DNA of 64,000 nucleotides from an uncultured Methanospirillum sp. GTDB lineage: Archaea > Halobacteriota > Methanomicrobia > Methanomicrobiales > Methanospirillaceae. The number at the start of each line of letters is the position of its first letter. Within the stretch, counting starts at the first letter, position 1. The translations under genes and the position numbers were made by a program. Shown here one piece after another: positions 17,405 to 25,541 of this stretch. The stretch lies in contig CAYSSW010000001.1 in NCBI GenBank assembly GCA_964434005.1, positions 23,768 through 87,767 on the forward strand, read 5' to 3'. A model generated the notes under the pieces. That model was not told the origin of the DNA and did not search any database. It was given only the letters and a program-made list of their open reading frames with translations.

Positions 17405-18280
17405 ATGTTTGAGGGAGTATTTCCCGCATTAATAACCCCTTTTCAAAAAAATGCAAATAAAGATCTTGATTTGGACGGTCTTCGTTCAAACATTTCTTTT
17501 CTTTTGAATGCTGGTGTTCATGGAATTGTGCCATGCGGCTCGACAGGTGAATCTGCTACTCTCAGTTTTGCAGAACATGAGAAGGTAATTGAGGTATCAA
17601 TTGACGAGACTGCAGGGATGGTTCCTGTACTTGCCGGAACAGGATCTAATAATACCGCAGAAGCTATTAGATTTTCTAAAGCTGCAAAAGATGCAGGGGC
17701 AGACGGTATCCTTGCCATCAGCCCGTATTATAACAAACCAAATCGGGCAGGACTAATAAAGCATTATTCAGCGCTTGCAGATCTTGATATTCCGGTTGTC
17801 ATGTATAATGTCCCTGGTCGTACAGGACAAAACCTTGCCCCTGATCTTGTGGCAGAACTTGCAGGAAATCCAAATATTGTTGGAATAAAAGAAGCAAGTG
17901 GAGATGTCAACCAGATCTCTCAAATCCTAGAATTGACAGTTGATGAAGATTTTTCAGTTATATCTGGTGATGATGGGCTTACTCTTCCTCTTTTAAGCAT
18001 TGGATGTGTTGGTATCATCTCTGTAGTTGCAAACATTTTACCAAGACCGATGATAGCAATGTATGAAGCTCAAAAAAACGGTGACTTTGAAACTGCAAGA
18101 AGAATTCATTATGAGATTGCTCCATTATGTCGCGCGATGTTTATTGAGAGTAATCCAATTCCAGTCAAAAAGGCACTGGATATTAAAGGATTTGCAGCCG
18201 GCCCTCTGCGGCTTCCACTTGATGAAGCATCAGATGAAACTACTGAAAAGTTAAGAAGTGTTCTGAGTAAATATGATTAA
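17405..18280 (+). CDS. dapA: 4-hydroxy-tetrahydrodipicolinate synthase
   Basis: GSTGESATLS and YNVPGRTG motifs; length 291 aa. Confidence 0.9.
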   Translation: MFEGVFPALITPFQKNANKDLDLDGLRSNISFLLNAGVHGIVPCGSTGESATLSFAEHEKVIEVSIDETAGMVPVLAGTGSNNTAEAIRFSKAAKDAGADGILAISPYYNKPNRAGLIKHYSALADLDIPVVMYNVPGRTGQNLAPDLVAELAGNPNIVGIKEASGDVNQISQILELTVDEDFSVISGDDGLTLPLLSIGCVGIISVVANILPRPMIAMYEAQKNGDFETARRIHYEIAPLCRAMFIESNPIPVKKALDIKGFAAGPLRLPLDEASDETTEKLRSVLSKYD

Positions 18281-19034
18281 AGTTGTAATTTGTGGAGCTT
18301 TTGGTAGAATGGGAACAATGATAGGTGAAATTGTTACCAAAAATCCGGAGCTCTCTCTTATTGGTGGAATAGATGTCAGGGAAGGAACCTTTTTTGGTGT
18401 TCCTGTTGTAACTTCAGAAAAGCTTTCAGAATTCCTTGCTAAAAATAAGGCCGATGTTATGATAGATTTTACCGCTCCTGTTGCATCTGTTGTAAATGTT
18501 CCAATTGCCGCAAGAGCAGGTGTTGCGATAATTCTTGGGACTACCGGGATAAATGAAGAACAGAAAACGATAATTCATTCTGCAATTAAGGAAGGGCATG
18601 TTCCGGCTGTAATTACTACGAATTTTTCAATAGGAATGAATACCTTCTGGGCACTTATAAGAGAAGCTGCAAAGAGACTTTCTGATTATGATATTGAGTT
18701 AACCGAGGCACATCACAGATACAAAAAAGATGCGCCAAGTGGAACCGCAAAAACCATTCTGAAAATTCTTCAGGAAGAGACAGGTCCAAAAGAAGAGGTT
18801 TATGGTAGAAAAGGGATGATGGAACGTGGAAGCGAAATTGGCGTCCATGTTGTTCGTGGTGGTGATATTGTTGGAGATCATGAGGTAATGTTTGCCGGCA
18901 ATTATGAGACCATCACTTTAAGTCACAGGGCATATGACAGGGCTGTATTTGCTGAAGGTGCAGTAAAAGCGGCCTGCTGGGTTGCTGGTAAAACTCCGGC
19001 AATCTATGATATGACAGATGTTTTAAAACAGTAA
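18273..19034 (+). CDS. dapB: 4-hydroxy-tetrahydrodipicolinate reductase
   Basis: N-terminal GAFGRMG Rossmann motif and the EAHHRYKKDAPSGTA signature. Overlaps dapA by 8 nt. Confidence 0.9.
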   Translation: MIKVVICGAFGRMGTMIGEIVTKNPELSLIGGIDVREGTFFGVPVVTSEKLSEFLAKNKADVMIDFTAPVASVVNVPIAARAGVAIILGTTGINEEQKTIIHSAIKEGHVPAVITTNFSIGMNTFWALIREAAKRLSDYDIELTEAHHRYKKDAPSGTAKTILKILQEETGPKEEVYGRKGMMERGSEIGVHVVRGGDIVGDHEVMFAGNYETITLSHRAYDRAVFAEGAVKAACWVAGKTPAIYDMTDVLKQ

Positions 19035-19071
19035 TCTGTCGAAATCTATTTTTTAAGATAAACACAAAAGA

Positions 19072-19260
19072 GTGATGAGTATAATGACAGCAGTTGTAAA
19101 TGTTGAAGTATGTACTGGATGCGAGACCTGTGTTGATGAATGCCCGGCATCCTCAATTACGATTAATGGAGATTCAAAAGCAGTAGTAAATGCAGATCTC
19201 TGTGTAGACTGTGGAAGTTGTGTGGATGTCTGTCCATCTGAAGCCATATCCATGGATTAA
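19072..19260 (+). CDS. 2x[4Fe-4S] ferredoxin
   Basis: CTGCETCVDECP and CVDCGSCVDVCP motifs; 62 aa. Confidence 0.85.
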   Translation: MMSIMTAVVNVEVCTGCETCVDECPASSITINGDSKAVVNADLCVDCGSCVDVCPSEAISMD

Positions 19261-19301
19261 AACCTTCATTTTTTAATACTGAGCTTACCTAAACTACCAG
19301 T

Positions 19302-20318
19302 ATGATACGTGTTGGAGTTCTGGGAGCTACAGGAGCTGTTGGTCAACGATTTGTCCAGCTCCTTGCCAGTCATCCGGATTTTAACCTGTCAGTTCTTACA
19401 GCATCCAAGCGAAGTGCCGGAAAGAAATACCGCGATGCAGTGAACTGGCGCCTTGATGTACCATTTCCAGAGAGCGCAGGAGATATTGTGGTAACAGATA
19501 CTACAATAGAGAACCTGAAATCCGTTGAACTTGTATTCTCTGCGCTTCCTGCTGATCTTGCCAGTGATATTGAGATGCAATGTGCAAAAGCAGGAATTGG
19601 TGTCTGTAGTAATGCGTCATGTTACCGGATGGAAAAAAATGTCCCATTAGTAATTCCCGAAGTCAATTCAGATCATCTTGGGCTTATAGATATTCAGCGT
19701 GATTCAGGAATTGACGGATTTATTGTTACTAATCCGAACTGTTCGACAATAATGCTTTCAACCAGTCTTGCGCCATTAAGAAAGTTTACTTATTCTGATA
19801 TTCGAGTTGCAACCATGCAGGCAATTTCTGGTGCAGGCTTTGAGGGGGTCGCTGCAATGTCAATCTTTGATAATGTAATTCCATATATTGGAAATGAAGA
19901 AGAAAAGATGGAAAGAGAGACTGCAAAGATAATGGGAACTTTTGACGGAGCAGAGATTATTACTGCACCATTTACAGTTAGTGCCAGTTGTAACCGGATA
20001 CCAATTATTGATGCTCATACGATGTCAGTATGGATTGATATAAAGGAAAGTGCAGAAAAGGTACAGGAAGCCTTTAAGTCTTGGCGCTGTCCGATAAGTG
20101 ATCTCCCAACCCTGCCTGAAAAGTCCATTGAATATATGGATCAGGTTGACAGACCTCAGCCTCGTCTTGATCGATTAAAGGGTGGTGGAATGACTGTTAC
20201 TGTTGGTAGAGTTCGTCCACAGATAAGATATACATGTAGTGGTCATAATACCATCAGAGGGGCCGCAGGTGCTTCTGTATTAAATGCAGAAGTAATTCAT
20301 GACAGGGGTTATCTATAG
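19302..20318 (+). CDS. asd: aspartate-semialdehyde dehydrogenase
   Basis: VGVLGATGAVGQRF NAD(P)-binding motif and active-site NPNCSTI. Confidence 0.9.
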   Translation: MIRVGVLGATGAVGQRFVQLLASHPDFNLSVLTASKRSAGKKYRDAVNWRLDVPFPESAGDIVVTDTTIENLKSVELVFSALPADLASDIEMQCAKAGIGVCSNASCYRMEKNVPLVIPEVNSDHLGLIDIQRDSGIDGFIVTNPNCSTIMLSTSLAPLRKFTYSDIRVATMQAISGAGFEGVAAMSIFDNVIPYIGNEEEKMERETAKIMGTFDGAEIITAPFTVSASCNRIPIIDAHTMSVWIDIKESAEKVQEAFKSWRCPISDLPTLPEKSIEYMDQVDRPQPRLDRLKGGGMTVTVGRVRPQIRYTCSGHNTIRGAAGASVLNAEVIHDRGYL

Positions 20319-20327
20319 GATATATGT

Positions 20328-20600
20328 ATGGATGAGGATAACATAATTTTTGTTGGGAATAAACCGGTTATGAACTATGTTCTCGCGGTTGTGACTCAAT
20401 TTAATAATGGAGCATCCGAAGTATCAGTAAAAGCGCGTGGAAGAGCAATATCTAGAGCTGTTGATACAATTGAAATTGCGCTTAATAGATTTCTACATGA
20501 TGTAGAGAAACGATCAATTACGACAGGCACTGAGCTTGTTGATACAGAATCCGGGAAAACAAACGTGTCTTCGATTGAAATAATTCTTACAGCAAAATAG
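20328..20600 (+). CDS. albA: DNA/RNA-binding protein Alba
   Basis: [21 protein letters not shown]...[17 protein letters not shown]; 90 aa. Confidence 0.9.
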   Translation: MDEDNIIFVGNKPVMNYVLAVVTQFNNGASEVSVKARGRAISRAVDTIEIALNRFLHDVEKRSITTGTELVDTESGKTNVSSIEIILTAK

Positions 20601-20652
20601 GGATGGCTGAATTTTTCTCCGAAGATATTTAATCATCTCTCTCAAAATATTA

Positions 20653-21090
20653 ATGATGTACAGAACATCCGAAAAGTTACTTTATCTGTCTTTTTTTCTT
20701 CTTATAATAATTCAACCGGTTTGTTCTGATAGAAATATAATCAATATCAGTTCAGTAGATATAGAATTACTTGACGGGTATGCTGATATTCATGTCAATT
20801 ATGAAGTAGATGAGCCAGAAAGGGTTATCATGCTTTTTTTTGGAGAAAATGAGGCTAAAGAAGATCTTCTTTATTCGTTAAATTTTTCAGAAGTGACAAT
20901 ATCTCAAATGAATTATACAGATGCATACCTGAAGACTTATGATGTTAATAAAATATATGGTGAAGGTCTTTACTGGTTTCCGTCACATACTTTTGGAATA
21001 ACAATTCCAGATCTAAATATCTGTTCAAAGCAGGGATGTAATTCATTTGAGAATGTTAGTTCTCTTGATGATGGTATTGTTTACTACTAA
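20653..21090 (+). CDS. hypothetical secreted protein
   Basis: 145 aa. N-terminal hydrophobic segment LLYLSFFLLIIIQPVCS. No motif recognised. Confidence 0.45.
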   Translation: MMYRTSEKLLYLSFFLLIIIQPVCSDRNIINISSVDIELLDGYADIHVNYEVDEPERVIMLFFGENEAKEDLLYSLNFSEVTISQMNYTDAYLKTYDVNKIYGEGLYWFPSHTFGITIPDLNICSKQGCNSFENVSSLDDGIVYY

Positions 21091-21108
21091 CAAAAAAACT
21101 CAAAAAAG

Positions 21109-21345
21109 TTATTGAGCAAGGCTTTTGTCCATTGCATCATAACATTGTTTAAAAATTTCTCTTGTCTCAAGAGCTTCATCACGGTTTAATTTTTGAATTG
21201 CAAATCCTACATGAACAAGTACAAAATCACCAGGTACAACATCTACAAGATCAATTCTGATCTCTTGTTCAAGACCTCCAAAATCTACTCTTGCAAGATT
21301 TCCATCCTTAATTTCAATAATTTCACCAGGGACTGCAATACACAT
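21109..21345 (-). CDS. hypC: hydrogenase maturation chaperone HypC/HupF family
   Basis: The internal start gives the obligatory MCIAVPGEIIEI N-terminus. The track ORF extends 11 codons further upstream to 21378. Confidence 0.8.
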   Translation of the reverse strand: MCIAVPGEIIEIKDGNLARVDFGGLEQEIRIDLVDVVPGDFVLVHVGFAIQKLNRDEALETREIFKQCYDAMDKSLAQ

Positions 21346-21443
21346 GAAATATTGTTTGTTCTCAAAATATATCTGCACTTCTTTTCATACTAAAAGAAAA
21401 AAGGGAAAAAAATATAATTCCACAAATTGCTCTAATAACACTA

Positions 21444-22022
21444 TTACATTATGCTGCCAATCTTCTGTTCAAGGAAGACAAGGCCACGCTTGATATCTTC
21501 AATATTTTTCCCACCAGTAAGGATAATTTTACCAGATGAGAATAGAAGGGCTACAATTTTTGGATCAGCAATACGGTAGACAAGACCTGGGAACTGTTCA
21601 GGTTCGTACTCAATATTTTCAAGATTTAAGGTCATAACTACTTTGTTTAGATTAATTTTATTGCCAATATCATAAGAACAGACAATGTTTGTTACTGCAA
21701 CACGTGGTTCATCATAACATGCAACACCAACATCTCTCATCTTGTCAATGATAAGTTTGAGACCTTCCTCAAGAGATGATGCATCCCTAATTCCTGTCAG
21801 GACAACTTTTCCAGATGAAAAGATTAATGATGCAATTTTCGGTTTTTCAATCCTATAGACTGCTCCAGGAAAGCGTTTAGTGTTTAACTCGCAGTTAGGA
21901 ATATTTTCCGAAATAAGGTCAAGATCTATTGAATCAGCAATTGCACCTGAAGCAACTATATTTTCGACCTTCAGGGTTTCATATTTTTTGTCATCCATTC
22001 CTGATATGATGGGATCTTTCAT
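21444..22022 (-). CDS. tbp: TATA-box binding protein
   Basis: Two direct repeats, each with FPGxVYRIxxPKIxxLxFSSGKxxLTG. Confidence 0.92.
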   Translation of the reverse strand: MKDPIISGMDDKKYETLKVENIVASGAIADSIDLDLISENIPNCELNTKRFPGAVYRIEKPKIASLIFSSGKVVLTGIRDASSLEEGLKLIIDKMRDVGVACYDEPRVAVTNIVCSYDIGNKINLNKVVMTLNLENIEYEPEQFPGLVYRIADPKIVALLFSSGKIILTGGKNIEDIKRGLVFLEQKIGSIM

Positions 22023-22284
22023 GTCATAATACTAATGGTAAAAATGTGTAATTTAATCGTTTTTGAATGTTGGTATGTAAAAGAGAATTAATCAATTTAT
22101 ATACTGGCTTTAAAAAAAATGAATGTAAAAATCAAAAATAAAATTGTTTATTGCTAAAATTTTTGTATATAAACGCGGGAATACAAGTTTTATGATATTA
22201 AATTGCGTGACAGAATAATAATTATCACCTTTTATCAAAATTAGATGTTTGAGAGAGCGCGAAATTGCTTCTTGTTCTGATAGT

Positions 22285-22313
22285 ATATTATGCCTGCCCG
22301 GCACACATAATAT
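22285..22313. promoter_or_regulatory. 29-bp imperfect palindrome just upstream of the acyl-CoA synthetase start
   Basis: ATATTATG-cc-TGCC-c-GGCA-ca-CATAATAT. The outer 8-bp arms and inner 4-bp arms are perfectly complementary. It is GC-rich at its core within AT-rich DNA. Confidence 0.3.
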
Positions 22314-22343
22314 TAGGATATGACAATTCAAACCGGGCATCAA

Positions 22344-23990
22344 ATGGATTCATATGAAGAGTTTTATAAAACTTTTAAGATTGAAGTCCCTGAGTATTAT
22401 AATTTTGGTTTTGATACTGTTGATCGATGGGCAGAGACCGATAGAAATAAACTTGCCATGATCTGGGTAAATCAGGCAGGAGAAGAAAAGAAATATACAT
22501 TTAGAGATTTTCGTAATCTATCTGTCGAAGCAGCAAATATTCTCCTGAAATATGGAATTAAGAAAGGTGACAGAGTAATTCTAATGCTTCACCGGGTTCC
22601 TGAGTGGTGGATATTTGTCATTGCATTAACAAAACTTGGAGCAGTGTTTTGTCCGTCACCTACGATGCTTACGCCAAAAGATCTGCAATATCGAATTAAT
22701 ATCGGCAAATTCAAGATGATTATTACTGATGTTGAAAATGCTGAAAAGGTAGAAAAAATTTGCAGATTTTGTCCTACATTAACACAGAGGATGCTCATTG
22801 ATGGTGAACTTCCAAACTGGATAAGTTACAGATATGAACTTGATTATCCTGCCCGGGTATCAAGAACACGTGTAAGTCTTCCAGATTCAAGGAAAACTCA
22901 TTCCAAAGATCCGATGTTAATATACTTCACATCCGGGACAACAGGTGAGCCAAAGATGGCTATGCATACTCATGATTATCCACTTGGACACATTGTGACA
23001 GCAAAGCTTTGGCAGGATCTCTCTCCAAATGATCTTCATTTTACATCATCAGATACTGGTTGGGCCAAATGTGGGTGGGGAAAGATATTTGGGCAGTGGA
23101 TTGTTGGAGCCTGTATCATGGTTTATGATGTAAGAGGTAAATTTAATGCAACAGAGCTTCTTCCTTTAATAGAAAAATATGAGATTACTACCTTTTGCTG
23201 CCCCCCGACAATCTATAGGATGCTAATTATTGCAGACCTTGCTAAGTATGATTTAAAATCACTGCGCCATTGTTGTTCTGCCGGTGAACCATTAAATCCA
23301 GAAGTTAATAGTATATGGGAACAGGGAACCGGACTTCACATTTATGAAGGATATGGTCAGAGTGAAACCTGTTGTTGTATTGCAACTTTTCCATGTATAG
23401 ATCATAAACCCGGATCTATGGGGCGGCCAATGCCTGGCTGGCACATAGAGCTTCATGATGATGATGGAAATCCTGTAGAACAGGGTCTTGAAGGAAGAAT
23501 AGCGATTGGTTTAGATCCAAGGCCAGTTGGACTTGTTGCAGAGTATATCGGCAATGATGAAGCAAATGCAGAATCTTTTCAAAATAACTATTATTATACC
23601 GGAGATAAAGCTTTTGAAGATTCTGATGGATATTTCTGGTTTGTTGGGCGAAATGATGATATTATCAAAAGTTCAGGTTACCGGATTGGTCCATTTGAAG
23701 TTGAAAGCGCTCTTTTAGAACATCAGGCTGTACAGGAATCAGCGGTTGTAGGTTCACCAGATCCAATAAGAGGAATGGTGGTAAAGGCATTTATTGTTCT
23801 TCGTGAAGGTTATGAACCATCAGATCAACTTGTAAGAGAAATTCAAAAGTATGTGAAACGAGTAACTGCACCATATAAATATCCACGTATTATTGAATTT
23901 GTAAAAGAACTGCCAAAGACTATCTCAGGAAAAATTAAGCGTGCAGAACTTCGTGAGAATGAAATTAGGAAGAGTCGAGAATCTAAATAA
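22344..23990 (+). CDS. AMP-forming acyl-CoA synthetase (medium-chain/ACSM-like)
   Basis: YFTSGTTGEPKM and YYTGDKAFEDSDGYFWFVGRNDDIIKSSGYRIGPFEVE motifs, C-terminal SGKIKR. ATG 22344 (MDSYEEF) preferred over 22320. Confidence 0.85.
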   Translation: MDSYEEFYKTFKIEVPEYYNFGFDTVDRWAETDRNKLAMIWVNQAGEEKKYTFRDFRNLSVEAANILLKYGIKKGDRVILMLHRVPEWWIFVIALTKLGAVFCPSPTMLTPKDLQYRINIGKFKMIITDVENAEKVEKICRFCPTLTQRMLIDGELPNWISYRYELDYPARVSRTRVSLPDSRKTHSKDPMLIYFTSGTTGEPKMAMHTHDYPLGHIVTAKLWQDLSPNDLHFTSSDTGWAKCGWGKIFGQWIVGACIMVYDVRGKFNATELLPLIEKYEITTFCCPPTIYRMLIIADLAKYDLKSLRHCCSAGEPLNPEVNSIWEQGTGLHIYEGYGQSETCCCIATFPCIDHKPGSMGRPMPGWHIELHDDDGNPVEQGLEGRIAIGLDPRPVGLVAEYIGNDEANAESFQNNYYYTGDKAFEDSDGYFWFVGRNDDIIKSSGYRIGPFEVESALLEHQAVQESAVVGSPDPIRGMVVKAFIVLREGYEPSDQLVREIQKYVKRVTAPYKYPRIIEFVKELPKTISGKIKRAELRENEIRKSRESK

Positions 23991-24010
23991 TTTTATTTTC
24001 TTATACCGTA

Positions 24011-24022
24011 AAGGTTAATACA
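24011..24022 (+). promoter_or_regulatory. candidate BRE/TATA element for tRNA-Leu
   Basis: AAGGTTAATACA; the TTAATA starts 31 nt before the mature tRNA 5' end. Confidence 0.3.
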
Positions 24023-24045
24023 AAACGAAACTTATTTGTTTAGGC

Positions 24046-24130
24046 GCGAGGGTATCCGAGCCAGGTCAAAGGAGCAGGATTCAGAGTCCTGTCTCGCAGG
24101 AGTTCGAGGGTTCAAATCCCTTCCCTCGCA
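24046..24130 (+). tRNA. tRNA-Leu (anticodon CAG), type II with long variable arm
   Basis: Hand-folded. Acceptor GCGAGGG/CCCTCGC, anticodon stem CAGGA/TCCTG with loop TTCAGAG, long variable arm, T-arm GAGGG-TTCAAAT-CCCTT. No encoded CCA. Confidence 0.85.
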
Positions 24131-24145
24131 TACTGTTTTTTATTT

Positions 24146-25522
24146 ATGAAAAAATCTATAGTTTTTGGTCGGGGAATGCGTAAAGAAAAACTTATTCGGA
24201 AAGATCCAGTAAAACGTGTTCCGAAAAAAAATGAGATCAATCTTTCTTTGAATACAATTCCCAAAAAAATTGAAGAATTGATTGCCATATATATAAAAAA
24301 CCGAACCGGGCATGAAATTTCACAGTCAGATTTTTTGGAAAAACTTCGTCAGACTGTTCTTGCTCAAAAAGCAGGATACTGGAAGAAGACACCTTCTGCA
24401 AAATATGGACGAATATATGATATCTATGCATACCTTGGGTATCAATTTCCGGGTTATCTTATTCAGGCTTATCGTCTGTTTGAAAAATTAGATGAAGATA
24501 ACCGTCTTCCCAAATCCATAAAACTTTTGGATTTGGGATCAGGCCCAGGGGTTGTTCCACTGGCAGCTTTAATGCTAAAGCAGAAAAGACCTGAAATGCC
24601 AATTGAGATTAGTGCTATTGAAAGATCAAAAGAGCACATTCTTGCATATAATTTTCTTGTTAACGAATTTGCAAAAGATTTTTCTGATGTTAAAGTAAAC
24701 CCTCCGATAGAGGCAGATCTTACTTCTGATGAGAAGATAGATATCGAGGAGATTTCTCTTTTGACTGCTCAGAATGTGCTTGCGGAACTGCAATCCCTGT
24801 CAATTAAAGAAAAGGCAGATTTGATAATGAGATTTGCCAAAAAATTGACTGACGATGGTATTATTGTAATCACTGAGCCGGCAGAACTTCGTCACGCAAC
24901 AAAACTCCGGGAGCTTCAGAGTGAGTTAATTGGAAGAGGCCTATATTTATTGGGACCGTGTAGATATCCATGGGGATCAAGGTGTCATAATACTGAATGC
25001 TGGACTTTCTGGCAGACTCAATCGATAAGGCCCTCAGGATTAATGGAGGCTCTTTCTAATTGTTATGATGGCTATCGATATCTGAATACTGACATAAAGT
25101 GTTCATATATTGTCCTCTCAGTAAAACCAGAAGAAGAAAAAGCCTATAAAATCCCTAAAAAAACCCGATTATCGCGTCATTCTCAATTAAATAGACATAT
25201 TGAGAGTTATATCTCAGTTGTTGGAGTAAAACTTTCTACTGATATTGGAGATTCAAAAAATCATATCTACAAAATTTGTGATGGAACATGTAAGGAACCG
25301 GTTTTTATAATTCGTCCAGATTTTGTGTCAAATAATGAATTTAGAATCTTGGAAGATTGTGTCTATGGGACCCTCCTTCAGTTTGACAGCGTCCGGGTCA
25401 AATGGAATCGTCAGAAGCGTGCCTATAATCTTATTTTGAATGAAAAATCTTCTATAAAAAAGTTACCTGATAATAATACTGATTCTAAAATGGGTAATAT
25501 TATCAGTCCGGGAGCAAACTGA
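24146..25522 (+). CDS. SAM-dependent methyltransferase, Rsm22-like, with C-terminal extension
   Basis: LLDLGSGPGVVPLA motif I preceded by a long N-terminal region as in the Rsm22 family. Cys/His cluster GPCRYPWGSRCHNTEC after the MTase core. Confidence 0.5.
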   Translation: MKKSIVFGRGMRKEKLIRKDPVKRVPKKNEINLSLNTIPKKIEELIAIYIKNRTGHEISQSDFLEKLRQTVLAQKAGYWKKTPSAKYGRIYDIYAYLGYQFPGYLIQAYRLFEKLDEDNRLPKSIKLLDLGSGPGVVPLAALMLKQKRPEMPIEISAIERSKEHILAYNFLVNEFAKDFSDVKVNPPIEADLTSDEKIDIEEISLLTAQNVLAELQSLSIKEKADLIMRFAKKLTDDGIIVITEPAELRHATKLRELQSELIGRGLYLLGPCRYPWGSRCHNTECWTFWQTQSIRPSGLMEALSNCYDGYRYLNTDIKCSYIVLSVKPEEEKAYKIPKKTRLSRHSQLNRHIESYISVVGVKLSTDIGDSKNHIYKICDGTCKEPVFIIRPDFVSNNEFRILEDCVYGTLLQFDSVRVKWNRQKRAYNLILNEKSSIKKLPDNNTDSKMGNIISPGAN

Positions 25523-25541
25523 TATATTAGCAAGGTGTCTG

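Noticed and set aside
22110-22343. 77-aa minus-strand ORF in the tbp / acyl-CoA synthetase intergenic region
   Set aside because: It covers AT-rich promoter DNA and the palindrome at 22285-22313. It has no motif, no plausible ribosome-binding site, and an odd composition.
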